Below, in pieces: positions 12,475 through 24,127 of a stretch of DNA of 64,000 nt (the first letter of the stretch is position 1; each line of letters starts with the position of its first letter). Made by a program: the position numbers and the translations under genes. The notes below the pieces were generated by a model, which searched no databases, had not been told where the DNA came from, and saw nothing but the letters and a program-made list of their open reading frames with translations. The DNA is from Rebecca billardiae RCC1528 (taxonomy: Eukaryota > Protista > Haptophyta): assembly GCA_965240325.2 (NCBI GenBank), contig OZ251229.1:1488001-1552000 (forward strand), read 5' to 3'.

Positions 12475-13446
12475 ATGGCCGCCCTCGCGGTGGCGCTGCT
12501 CGCGCCATTAGTGCTCTCGGGATTGCGCAACGCGTCACAGGCCGAGCTCAATGAGCTCATGCGCGCTGTGGACACCAATGCCTTGCAGACCCACGGGTAC
12601 ATCGTCGTCGACAACGTGTTCGACCCCGAGGAGCTGCTCGAGATTCGGCGCGCGATCCTCGGCCCTGTGCTGCACGGTCGGCAGCCGCTGCTCGGCGGCA
12701 TCTCGCAATGCGGCTGGGGCGTGATCCCCAATTTCATCGCGTACCCTCTGATGCAGCCAGCGCGAGCCCTCCTCTACGAGCCCCGCATACACGCCGTGCT
12801 TTCGCGCCTGTTTGGCTCGGCCGACAGCTATGAGCACGCTGAGCTGACCGGGATCGGGATCAATCGGCCGAGCAAGTGGCACAAGGACATCCTTTCGGGC
12901 GAGTACAAGGAGCATTACGAGAAGTTGCCGCTCTGGCCGGGTGGGAGCGGCGACGAGGCGTACCTCGTCGTCAAGGTGTGCATCTACCTGCAGGACCACT
13001 CCGAGGAGCTTGGGCTCGTCGTGCAGCCGGGGACGCACGGCTCGAGCGAGATCGACCGCCGGGTGAAAGACGGCGGTCTGCGGCTCAAGCACGCGCTCGG
13101 GTCGATCGTGGTGTTTGACCAGCGGATAACCCACCGTGGCCCAGGGCACGGCTTCCAGCCACCGGTTCCGGGCGAGCACCGCGTGATGATCTCGCTCTCG
13201 TTCGGCCGGCGAAACCAGTACACGGCAGAGTTCGCCAACGGCACGCACGCACGGCAGTCCGACCAGGAGGCTCAGTTCAAGCTGGACAAGGGCCACGGTG
13301 GCAAGTGCCCGAGCTCGCAGTACCCCTCAGCGGTCGCCTCGCCGTCTGGGTCGACCAGACTGAAGCGTCGAGAACAACTACGCGAACTTCAGCATCGCCC
13401 TGGGCCTGGAAATAGCTCCGCAGGCTTCACCGTCGGCTTGATGTGA
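12475..13446 (+). CDS. PhyH-family Fe(II)/2OG dioxygenase with signal peptide
   Basis: GYIVVDNVF, WHKD (HxD), PGTH, FDQRITHRG. Confidence 0.8.
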   Translation: MAALAVALLAPLVLSGLRNASQAELNELMRAVDTNALQTHGYIVVDNVFDPEELLEIRRAILGPVLHGRQPLLGGISQCGWGVIPNFIAYPLMQPARALLYEPRIHAVLSRLFGSADSYEHAELTGIGINRPSKWHKDILSGEYKEHYEKLPLWPGGSGDEAYLVVKVCIYLQDHSEELGLVVQPGTHGSSEIDRRVKDGGLRLKHALGSIVVFDQRITHRGPGHGFQPPVPGEHRVMISLSFGRRNQYTAEFANGTHARQSDQEAQFKLDKGHGGKCPSSQYPSAVASPSGSTRLKRREQLRELQHRPGPGNSSAGFTVGLM

Positions 13447-13575
13447 AATCGTCAGTGAGGAATGAAACGTGCATACACTGACACTGCGCTGCTGATGATA
13501 CATCGATTAACGAGTCGTGACGCGGTGGCGGTAGCCACTACTACTCGCGCGGCTACTTTATTGACTTTCCGCGGA

Positions 13576-15262
13576 CAGGTTGCACAGGAAACTGTCCTTG
13601 GTGTTACATTTCTCAGAGACGGCGCCTCTGAAGGATGGCGCCCGCCCACTCGCCGCTCGTGGGTGGCGCGCGCCTCGCGTGTCGATGCAGCCCCGCATGA
13701 TGACTAGCTGAATGCGCGTGTCGTCAGGACTTGTCCGCGTGCGCTACATCCCTTGAGCTAGCACAGCCGGGACACCCTCGCCGTCGGCAGTGACTGTCAT
13801 CATCCCAGCACACGTCGCGTGATGAGACGGCAAAGCCACAGCAGCATCACCCTCTCGACCAGGATCATCAGGCAGCTGGAGACAGTCCTCCCTTCGACGC
13901 GTCTCGGAGCGAGCGCACACGCCCGGCTCTATCTGCTTCACACCGCCCGCGCCATCCGCCTCGAGCCCGCCAACGCCCGTCACCACGCGCAGTATGGCAA
14001 ACCGTCATGATCGGACCGAGCTCGTCGACGAGTGCAGCCTTCGCCAGCAGTGCCGCGCGCGAGCATTCGAGTTCGACAGTAAGTCGTCAGCGACTTGTGG
14101 GCCGGCGGGGAGATCCACGCGTGGCATGATAGCATGTAGGTCGTCAGCTCCTGCTCGGTGTACGCACGCGCTCTGCATCTGAACACTCGATAGAAGCTTT
14201 CGATGATCACCATCGAGCTGTCTACGTGAGCCTGTGCGACCGTCTGCGCAACACCTCGCGCCTCACCCTTGGTGCTGCGCTCACGCGAGACAAAGAAGGC
14301 TATGTAGGGCTCACTGACCATTCGTACAGTAAGAGCGTCCTTGCCGCAGCGAGTGACAGCTTCCTTCGCCCGCTCCTTAGCACTCGCCCTGCTGTTCTTG
14401 GGCGTGAGTGAGGCGTGGTGCCTCGTCAGCCTGCCGAGCAGTTCTTGTCGATGCGTGTCACAGCGCGGAAGCACGTGTGCGTTCGAGAGGCGTCGTGCGT
14501 GGATGCCGTTCTTCATGCTGACGACATAGACGGACTGCGTAGCGGCCATCTCCTCATCCAAGAGCCTCGAGCATGCCACGACTCTGACACTTCAGCGCTC
14601 CGGCCGGCGCGCATGCACCATCAAGTGCAACCGAGCGATTGAGAGGTAGCCGCCGCCAGCTTTTCGACCCTCACCAACACGCGCTGGATGAACATTGCAA
14701 GGTTGTCGCATTCTATGAGTGTCGCGTGTCTCCCCCCGCGACTGTTGCTGCGCAACGTGATGTGCAAGACCAGTCGCGCGCGCGCTCCATCCAATGCATG
14801 CACAGCTGATGCATGGACGTGGCCGAGCGCAAGCACGCACGCGCGAGTCGTAGGCTGCGAACGTCGTGTGCGGCCAGACTGCGATGTGCATGGCACGTAT
14901 CCACCTTGCATTGCTACCTCTCTTCACACCGGGCCTGGAACTCTTCCAGGCTGAGACGGCCTGCTCTGCTGCCCTCTGCGACTCAGATGCCACGTGAACG
15001 TGCCGCGCGGCTGCGCGATGTCGCGATTGGAGCTCAAGGGTGGTTGACTTTCGGTACATGCTACTCAAGCAGGAAGAGGCCGATCGAGGCGCGGAGTGGC
15101 GCGCTGCACCCGCAACAGCGGGCATCGTGCAGCGCGCGAGAGCGCGCGCCGCTTCCGAGCGCACGGCGACGGCGCCATGTACCGAAAGACGGGTGGACAG
15201 GTCGCGTCCACTGGGAATGTAACATCTGTCAGTCGCGGGCGGTCATTTTTCCGTGCAACCTG
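13576..15262 (-). mobile_element. Degenerate hAT-like DNA transposon
   Basis: Termini CAGGTTGCAC...GTGCAACCTG with imperfect TIR to ~50 bp; flanks tccgcgga/tccgcgac (near 8-bp TSD); frameshifted minus-strand relics resembling DGWS and CxxH (CDTH) motifs. Confidence 0.65.
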
Positions 15263-15699
15263 TCCGCGACGGTTATCCGCGAGAACCGGCCCTCGTCACC
15301 GCTCAGTCCGCCGGCGGTACTACTACGCGGAATAACGGATCGACTAAAACGGCGCGGTGGCTCCGGCGCAATTCCGAGGAGTCCCCCCCCCCCCCCCCCT
15401 TCCCCCCACTGGCCCGCTCCCCAGGCCCAGTCACGTCACTCAGACTCAGTAGTACGTAGTCACTCAAGTCAGCGCAGTCTGTCCGACTGTCCCCCTGGAG
15501 ACAGCCCGGCCAGGACTTCCGAGTTCCGGACGTCGTCTTATGCTGCAGCGTTACCGACGACGGTACAGTTCCCTTCCCCGAGCAGGGATCGGCTAGTGGC
15601 TGGCCCTCCGACCATACTCCGGGGGCACCCTGAGGGCGTGTCCCTTCTTACTTCTGCCGACTGGGCTCACACTCGATGAGTCGATGACCTCGAATTGTC

Positions 15700-15963
15700 A
15701 AGGCAGTGCACCGCTGCTTGTACCCCGGGACCACCCCACAGTGTTGGGCTTGTGTGGTGCTGGCAATGGCATACCCCCGGCCCCTCTGGACTTGGAGGCG
15801 GGCTGTCCACAGTGGAGTGGTGTCAGGGCTATAGGTGCCTCGGTCAGTGGTTTGAGGTTGGGTGGGAGTGGTGGTTGGTTGGGGGCTGGCCAGGGTAGGG
15901 CTGGAGGCTTCGGCCGCCATCAGTGACAGTCTGATCGCCCGGAGCCCGTTATAAAGGAGAATT
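15700..15963 (+). mobile_element. Probable 3' end of a non-LTR retroelement
   Basis: GLCGAG...GCPQWSGVRA resembles a decayed ORF2 CCHC knuckle; the terminal ~75 bp recur at 56956-57024, followed there by an A-run. Confidence 0.45.
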
Positions 15964-15971
15964 CAGTCGTA

Positions 15972-16485
15972 CAGGCAATCGCGGGCAATAAGAAGTCAGA
16001 GATCTCACGGCTAGCCTCGGTTTCTTAGCCGTTCGGTAGCCCGAGCGCCTACGGAGTCTCAGTTTCTTAGCTAGGTCCGCCCGCCGCGCAGGCGCGGGGG
16101 GCGCAGGGGGGCAGAGCCCCCCGCTGAGTCTTTAGGCCCGGCCGGCGAGGCCGACGAAAATTTTGGGCTTTTTTGGAGCAAATCTGGCATGCTGTTGCAT
16201 GGATGCTGCGGTGCACTGGCCAGGAGTCAGTCATGACTGTCATCAGGAGAAGTCGGGACTTGGCCTGTACTCGTAGTCGGGCCGCGCGCCGCGTCCCCGA
16301 CGGGCCGACTGCGCCTCGCCCCTCGGCGGACCACTCGTCGGCCGGGACGACGTAGTCCCGGTTTCTTAGTGTGACTATGCGTATAGCGAACCAGCCAATC
16401 GCTAGCCTCAGTTTCTAGGCCAGATCCGCAGATAGCAAGCCCCAGTTTCTTAACGTGACAGCTCCTTATTGCCCGCGATTGCCTG
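15972..16485. mobile_element. Tc1/mariner-type MITE (514 bp)
   Basis: Perfect 21-bp TIR CAGGCAATCGCGGGCAATAAG flanked by TA on both sides; about five internal CRGTTTCT(T)AR repeats. Confidence 0.85.
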
Positions 16486-19144
16486 TAGTACATCTTGACA
16501 CGGAGATCGGCGGGATCGCCCCTCTGATACCGATCTACAATAGCTCCGAGAGAATCTAGACCACCCCACTCCCAGACGGTCCCTTGGAATAAGATATTAG
16601 TTACGGCCAGATATGGTGAGATGGATCATCAGGCTCCACACTGACTGCACACATGCAGTCTCTGTCACGACAGTCTCCAATAGGTTCAGACTCGCCTATT
16701 TTCTATAACTGAACACCCAGTCCTGGTGCCATTTCACATATGTATGATACAGGTGTCCGGAACGCTCCAGGGCTGTGCTGGAATCTGCTGAGCAGGCGGG
16801 GGCGGGTAATTACATAGTGAAATATAGATCGAGTCTGAACCTATAGTATCGGGAGGTGGTCTGATGATGCCCCATTTCTCGTTGAAGTCATCAATCACAA
16901 TGGGGGGTCGGAAGGGACTCTGCTGCATGGTCCGCTTGCTTGACTTCGGAACGGGGCCAAGACGTAACGCAGTAACGGAGCTGTGGGGGTGGACCGGAGC
17001 CGGAGCCCGGAGGAGCCCGGCTATGATTATGAATATACTACTTGGCACTCCTGACTCCGGCGGGGCGCGGCAGACTGCGTCCCGCTGCCACCGCCGGCGC
17101 GGACCGCGGAGGCGCGGCGCGGTGCCGCAACACCGGGCCGCGGCCGCCGCGTCGCTGTCGAGTCGACTCAGTCGCAGCGCTGGCTAGTGACTAGCATCGT
17201 GATCGGCGGCAGTGACGGCGCGGCTGCTGACACTGCTAGATAGTCTACCATCTAGTGAATGCTAGTGACATTCTGTCCGCGTAATAATCGGCTGACTATC
17301 CGGAGTGCTCAGTCCGACGGCCAGTCCGCCTTCGGGCGCCTTAGCGCGTGATCAGTGATCACTCACCGCCGCTGCAATCCGCCCAATGATGACTGAGCCT
17401 AGTTACTTAGACATAGTAGCAGACAGTACTAGCTAAGTATATAGCTAGATGATAGACGATCGATAGATAGATATACCGATGAATAGATACAGACATAGAT
17501 AGATAGACGTAAGACGTGACAAGCTGCTCAGAGTCAGAATACTTCAAAACGTTCTTCATCATAATCAGTCATGCCGCCATCATCTGGCGCGGGCGGCGTA
17601 TAACCGCATTGGGACCCGGACACAGGCGTACACAGGATGAGCAGTAGCTAGCTACATACAAAGCAGCTGAGATATATGCACCGTGTCGTCCGAGTCACAT
17701 ACATCATACAGTCTGTCTGTCATACGCAGTCCCGCCGCCGTCGAAGTGAGTCTCACTACTGAGTCATCGTGTCTGCTCGTGAGCAGTCCAAAGACTGTCA
17801 GTCATGGCATGTCAGCGGCCATGCCCATCGGCATTGCCCGCCATTGGGCATGGTGGCACTGTCCGTACCAATCACTCATTAGAGGGGTGCAGAACCGGAT
17901 GTCAGCGGGGGTCATACTCACTTACTACATAGTTTTAGTACTGTCCGTCTGATGACGAATATGGTCTTACTATGAATCCGAAGGTCTGCGACAGCCGCCA
18001 ATGCGACCTGTAGCTGCACTCTGTAACTCATCAAACCATAAATAATAAATTAATAAAGAAGCCATCATTATCACTCAAAACTCATTGAAAGAAGCCGCGC
18101 CCGGGTTCGCCTTGAAGCACCGTGTCCGTGAGTCGCGGCCCTGGCGGCGGGCGCGGGCGCCACTCGCCGCGGGCGCGCCGGCTGTGTCGGGCGTCTGGCG
18201 TCGGGCCGGCTGGCGCGCCGGAGCCGTGTGACTCGTCAAGTCGCCTCACACGCCCGCGAGTCGAGTCGGCATCCGACGAGACGATAGCATGGCACTTTGT
18301 CGTCTTGTGCGTTGTGACTCGTCACATCACTCCGAGGCCGACGGCGCAGACCGTGCTGGGCGTGAGACTCGGCGGGCTGGCCGTCGTCCGGCCGCCAACG
18401 GTCTCAGACGACTCAGTCTGTCTGACGCCGACCGCCCTCAAGGTGGTGAGTCAGTCAAAGGCGGGCCGGACTCTCCGTAGTCCTGCACCGCTTATTATGG
18501 GCCTGGCACCGCGGCCTGCTGATGATTATGCCGCCTGTTTTGACCAGCACCGGCCGTGGCCCGTGTCCGCGGCGGCGGGCTCGTCTGCCGACTGATGCCG
18601 CCGGCGCGGCGGGCCGGCGCCTGTCGCCCTCGGTCGCTACTCGCTAGCCAGTGAGTGAGAGTGTCTGACTGTCTGTCAGCCAGAGTGCCAGGGCGCCTTG
18701 TCCGTCGGTTGTCTACTGCAGTAAATCGGGACCGTGCCGAATAATATATACTATATACATATATATTAATAATGACGAGCCAATGCCATGGCGCATATCA
18801 CTGCTACTGCAGACTGCTGTATAGCCGACTACGGTCACTAGTAGTGGCCGATCCGCGTTTGACGGGCACTGCTAAGACGGGGTCGTACTATAACCAGTTC
18901 ATATACCAGTGCCAGTTCAGGAGGCAGGAGCCGTCCCGGCGGGCCGCGCGGTATTGTTACGACTCCGCGGGCTCCCGGTCTCAGGCGATCACCGTTCAGC
19001 TCAGGGCAGAGGGCGCACGACGGCGGAGGAGCGCGCAAGTGCTCTGCGTGCTCTGGACAGGCCAGGCCACCGCTGCCGCCGCCGCGCAAGCGCCTGCGCG
19101 AGTTAGCCTCAACTCCCCAGCTCGAAGCGCGACAACACGCGTGC

Positions 19145-19857
19145 TCAGCTGCAGCAGCCGCTCTTCGGCTTCGAGTCGGTGGGTTGGATAACGATGTTGG
19201 ATCCTCCGGGCCGCGTCTGTGGCAAATTCTTTGGAAGTTTGCGTGCTGCGCGCGCGGGTGAGCGGCGCGCCAAAGGTGGGCACATGGGACGTGCGTGAGG
19301 GTGTGCGCGGAGCAGAGCGCATCGGAGGATCGGCGCGCGCGTAGCGTGCGCGCACCGATGGCGACGAAGACCTCGTTCACGTTCGTCGCCGTCTTGGCCG
19401 ACGTCTCCATGAAGAAGATGCCGTTGTCGTTCGCGTAGGTCTCGGCCTCTTCCGGCTCCACTTTGCGCTTCGACGCGAGGTCCGCTTTGTTGCCGGCAAG
19501 CGCAATCACTATATTCGGGTTGCCCTGCCGTTGCAACTCCTTGACCCAGTTCTTTGCCCGATTGAACGTATCGCGGTTGGTGATGTCGTACACGACGATC
19601 GCAGCGGCCGCGCCGCGGTAGTACATCGGCGCGAGCGAGTGGTATCGCTCCTGCCCCGCTGTGTCCCAGATCTCAAACTTGACCGTCGTGTCGTCGAGCG
19701 CGACGGTCTGCGTGAGGAATGCTGCGCCGATCGTGCTCTCCTGGTACTCGAAGAACTGGCCGCGGACGAAGCGCAGCACGAGTGAGCTCTTGCCCACGGC
19801 GCTATCCCCAAGCAGCACCAGCTTGAACTGGAAGACGCGGCTGGGTGGCGCGGCCAT
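19145..19857 (-). CDS. RAB5: Rab5 GTPase; exons 19857-19356, 19245-19145
   Basis: [46 protein letters not shown]; spliced C-terminus ends SGCCS (prenylation). Confidence 0.97.
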
Positions 19858-19983
19858 CCTCCCGGCGGCGGAGGGCCAAGGGATCAAGCGCCCACCGCTG
19901 CACCCGCTCCGGCTGGTCTTGGCTTCTCGCGGTCCGGTTTCGAAGCCCGGCCGGACACACCGCGCCTCCAAGCCACGATGTCG

Positions 19984-20516
19984 ATGAGCGTGCCGACCGC
20001 CCTGTGGGCCGGCGCGCGCAGCCTATGCATAACCTCGTGGGCGCGCGGCATGGCCACGTGCAATCGGGCCCGTCGAGGCCTCTACGCTGGCCGTGGCATC
20101 AACTTTGGAAACAACGTCAGCTTCTCACACCGCAGGTGCGCGCAAAGCCGCTCGGTGGCGCAGCGCAGCGCAGCACGCGGGCCATGTGGTCACTGGCGCA
20201 TCCCACGCGCGCCCCAACCCGGCACAGGACGCGCATGCGGCAGAATCCCAACGTGCAGCAAATGTCCTTCTGGAGCAAGACCCTCGGTCGCTTCCTCAAG
20301 TTCAGGGCGACCACGCACGCGCTCAGATGCATCGACAAGGCCGGCGGCATCGACCACTGGCTAATGCGCAGCTCGAACGATCTCATCAACAATCCGAAGG
20401 CGATCAAGCTGAAGAAGAAGATCACCAAGCTGTGGCAGCCCGCGAGTGACGTGCCCGCGTCGACGATGATCCGGCCGCCACGGGGATGGCGGGCAGCAGA
20501 ATCTGAAGCAGCCTAG
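19984..20516 (+). CDS. MRPL28: Mitochondrial ribosomal protein bL28; exons 19984-20135, 20228-20516
   Basis: [18 protein letters not shown]+RTR...PNVQ...[12 protein letters not shown]; GT-AG intron 20136-20227. Confidence 0.9.
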
Positions 20517-20875
20517 TCGGACGCCGGCCCTCAGCGCGGCCCGCGCCGGGCCGGCGGCGCCGGCCCTGACTGACAGGCTTCAGCCCGGCCAGCCGCAGCG
20601 GCGGCAGCCCACGGCTATCTGACCACCTTGCGGTCCGACAGTATAGCGATGACAGACTACCTAATACACCGTATGCAGCGCGGGCCGACGGCCGCCTGTG
20701 CGAAACTGGTTCGTAGCGGGTACTAATTTATTGATGATATATATATATTAATTTATTTAGTAATGTCAATCGAATTATATTTGACTTTAGCAGCGCGGCG
20801 TGCAGCGCGCGCCGGGCCCGCGATTACGCGGTTGACCGGAACCTGACCGACAGTGAGGAGTCAGCCCCTGCCCGC

Positions 20876-23790
20876 TCACACGTGCTTGTGTGCGCTCGGG
20901 GAGGGCTTGAGCCAGCGCCGGCGGCCGGTGTGTGCGCGCGCGCTGGAGACGAGCGTGCCTGCGGCCACACACGTGCAGCAGCCGACCAGGACGAGTGCGG
21001 GCAGCATCATGCCACTCGCGCTCGATGCGCGCTGTTTGGCGGCCGCCACACCCGCACCCCGCAGATCGGCGAGGGCACCGGCAGCCTTCCGCGCCTTGCC
21101 GCCTGCCCCGCGGGCGTCTGCGCGCGGCTCCGGCTCATCGGCTGCTTGCTCGTGCTGATGGTTCCGAGTGCCATCGGCGCCGGACTCGGCCTTCGCGGCG
21201 ACGCCGTCGTCGTCCTGGCCGCCGGGGAGCTGCACTGCCTCCTCGGCCTCGATACTCTCCAGCCCGCCCGCGGCCTCGTCGGCGTCGTCCAGTGCACCCT
21301 CCTCCTCCTCGGCCACCTCAGCCACCTCGGCGTCGGCGTCTGCGGACGATGCCGGCCCTCGGCGCAGGGCGCTGAGCACGCCAGCGGCGCGCGCGGAGGC
21401 GGACTCGTCGGGTTGTACGTCGGCGTTGAGCACCGCCTGCAGCGCGGCGTCGGACTCGTCCACGCTGTCCGCGTCGTCATCAGCGTCATCGCCGCCCGTG
21501 TCCGCACTCCCGCCGCCGCTCTCCTCGCGAACGCTGCCGCGGCTGGCCAGCTTTGCGATGCCTTCGCTGGGGTCAGCTCGTGCGGCTGGCTGCGCAGCTG
21601 CGGCGGGGCTGCTCGCATCGTCGCGGGGCGTCGACCCGCTCCTCTCCTCCTTGCCATCGCCCTCCTCCTCCTCCTCCTCCTCCCCCCCCTCCGCCTCCTC
21701 GCCGCCCTCGCGCTCCTCCCCCGCGCCCTCTCCGCCCTCATCGCTGAAGTCGACGTCGGGCAGCGCGCTCGCAATCGAGTGCCGGTGCACGCGATGGATC
21801 AGACGGCGCCTGTGCTTGTGCGGGGCGCTGCCGCTGGTCGCGTTGGCCGTGACGTTCGTCCTCGGGGCGCTCGGTGAGCCGTCAGGGTGGTGATGCGCGC
21901 CACCGCCCTGCGGCCGGGCGGCGGACTTTCGCTGCTGCCTGTGGGGCGCAGCCGCACAGCAGCCACACGCGCGCGGGCATGCGGACGCGTGTCAGGGCGG
22001 TCGCGCGCGCACGCAGCTCGGGGGTTCGCCCGGCTTCGATCGGGCGCGTGGGGCGCGGGCACGCACAGCTTGGCTCGGAGCATCTCCTTCATCTCATCGC
22101 CCGCAGTGGCGCGCGCCAGCTCGAACGCGCTCAGGCCGTCCGCGCCGTCGCCAGCCGCCGCAGTCGCTGCCATCGCGGCATCGGCGAGCGCGGCCCCTGC
22201 CGCGGCCGCTGCTGCGTCCGCCGTCTGCGCGCCTGGCTCACACGCCTTGCAGCTCAGACGGCAGGCCTGGAGCATGTAGATCGCGTTGCGCGTGCACTCG
22301 CCCCGAGACGCCCAGCGTGGGCACTGCGCCGAGTTGTCCTGGCAGCCCTCGGTCAGCGCCTTGGTCGCCCGCCACGCCGCGAGCAGCTCTGACTGTCGCA
22401 GGGCGGTGTTCCGCCTGGTTGCGTTGCACTCGCGCAGGGACTCGCCGCCGCAGCCGTGGCGCTCGAGCTGCGCGCAGAGGGCGAGGCGGATGCTCATCGC
22501 CGTCTCGTACGCGTACAGCAACTTCTCCGCCTCCGACGCCGCCTGCACGCCTCGCAGCAGGTCCTGCGGGCGGGCCGCCACCACAGCGCACACCGCCGCG
22601 CACGGCGGGCGAAACGGGGGCCGGCCACGGCGTGAGGCGCAACCGAGCGCGGCGCGCGGTCAGCACTAGGCGCGCATGGAGTGAGGCGCGGCACGGGTGC
22701 GCCAGCAGTCTGGCGCGGGCCATCGCGCGAGCAGCAGTGCGGGTTTCGCACGCCCCCTTTCGCGCGGAGCGCGGGGTTGAGCGCGGAGTGGCCGCGCCGC
22801 CATGCGCACCTTGGGCGGTGGCGCTGCGCGCAGCTCGAGCGGTGTGCACGCGAGCGCGTCGAAGCGGCCGAGGGCGTGCGCGTCGACGCGGCACTGGCCG
22901 ACGGCGAACGGCGCAGCGTATTGGACGACGAGGGGCGTGCCCTCCGGCGGGTAGCCCGCGATGAGCAGCGCGCCCCTCGGCTGCGTGTGCACAAGCCCGG
23001 CCTCGGCCGCGGCCATCGCATAGCCGTACATCTCAGCTAGCGCGGTCGGCTCGCCGCGCGTGGGTGCGCTGTCGCCAGTGGCGAGATCCGCCGGCGAAGC
23101 GCCGCTGGGAGCGTCCGACGCGACGCCGGTGCCCCAGTACCGCTCCGGGTGCTCGCGCACCGCCGCCGTCAGCTCGACCCACCGCCTGGCAATCGCGCGC
23201 AGGTCCTGCGCATGGAGAAGCTGCAGACGGCCCACCGCCTCGCTCGCGGCGGCGTGCGCGTCCGAGACGAACTTCTGCGCGAGGTAGGCGCCCGCGTGCG
23301 GCTGTGGGGCGCGGCCCACGCCGACCAGGATCGGGTTCGTCGGGCTCGCGGGCTTGCCCTTCGCTGCGCCCACCGCCGCGGGCGTGAGCGGCCGGCGGAG
23401 AATCATGTCTCGCTCGAGAACGAGAATGAACTCGGCGCCGGCGGGAAACATGGGGGAGTCGAGCCACTGCAGGAGGCCCCACGGCTTGTCGATGGGCGAA
23501 AAGTGCTCGCCTGACACGAGCGGGGCGTGCGGCTCGTACACGAAAGTGTCGCGCAGCAGCTCGTCCCCCGAGCTGTCGTTGTGATATCGCGCCAGGCCGG
23601 CGGCCGTGCATGCCATCAGCCGCGTGAGGCCGCCTGGCTGTCCCGATGCCCGGTGGCTGTGCACGAGGACGGCAGCCTGCCAGTCGCCCTCGGCCGAGCA
23701 CACCGAGCAGAAGGCCGTCCACACCCGCTCGCTCCCTGCGCCGCTCGCCGCGACGAGTGCCGCGACGAGTGCCGAAAGAGCGACCGCCAT
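20876..23790 (-). CDS. Peptidyl-serine alpha-galactosyltransferase (SERGT1/GT96)-like domain + ShKT + acidic stalk + C-terminal TM; exons 23790-22810, 22563-22067, 21938-20876
   Basis: DWQ...HSHRASGQPGGLTRLMACT and EMYGY; ShKT CQDNSAQCPRWASRGECTRNAIYMLQACRLSCKAC; two GT-AG introns join three ORFs in frame. Confidence 0.75.
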
Positions 23791-24127
23791 GGCTCGGATG
23801 GCTGGGGCCAGCCCGCCGGAGGAGCAAAAGTGATATGCCAAAATCTAGCAGGAAATGATTTCTTCGCGGGCAACAAGAATGATGACGACATTGTTGCCGT
23901 CAGTTGCGCGGCTCGCCAGGGGCCCCCCTCGGCCCGGACCGAGTGAACGTCCCAAAGTCGAACGGATCGAAGCTTATATGGCCAGATCAAACCTCATTAC
24001 CCGTCCCCGAGCCTGTTGGCCAATGGGAACGTAGTAATAATCGTGTGCGGTACGGGCGGTTGGCCGCGCCATTATTGCCCGAGACCAAGCGCGTCGCCCG
24101 CCGCCCCGCGCTTCTCGACGGTCGTCA

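Noticed and set aside
16734-17048. LINE endonuclease relic (PIVIDDFNEKWG resembles GDFN)
   Set aside because: Single short degenerate motif; insufficient support
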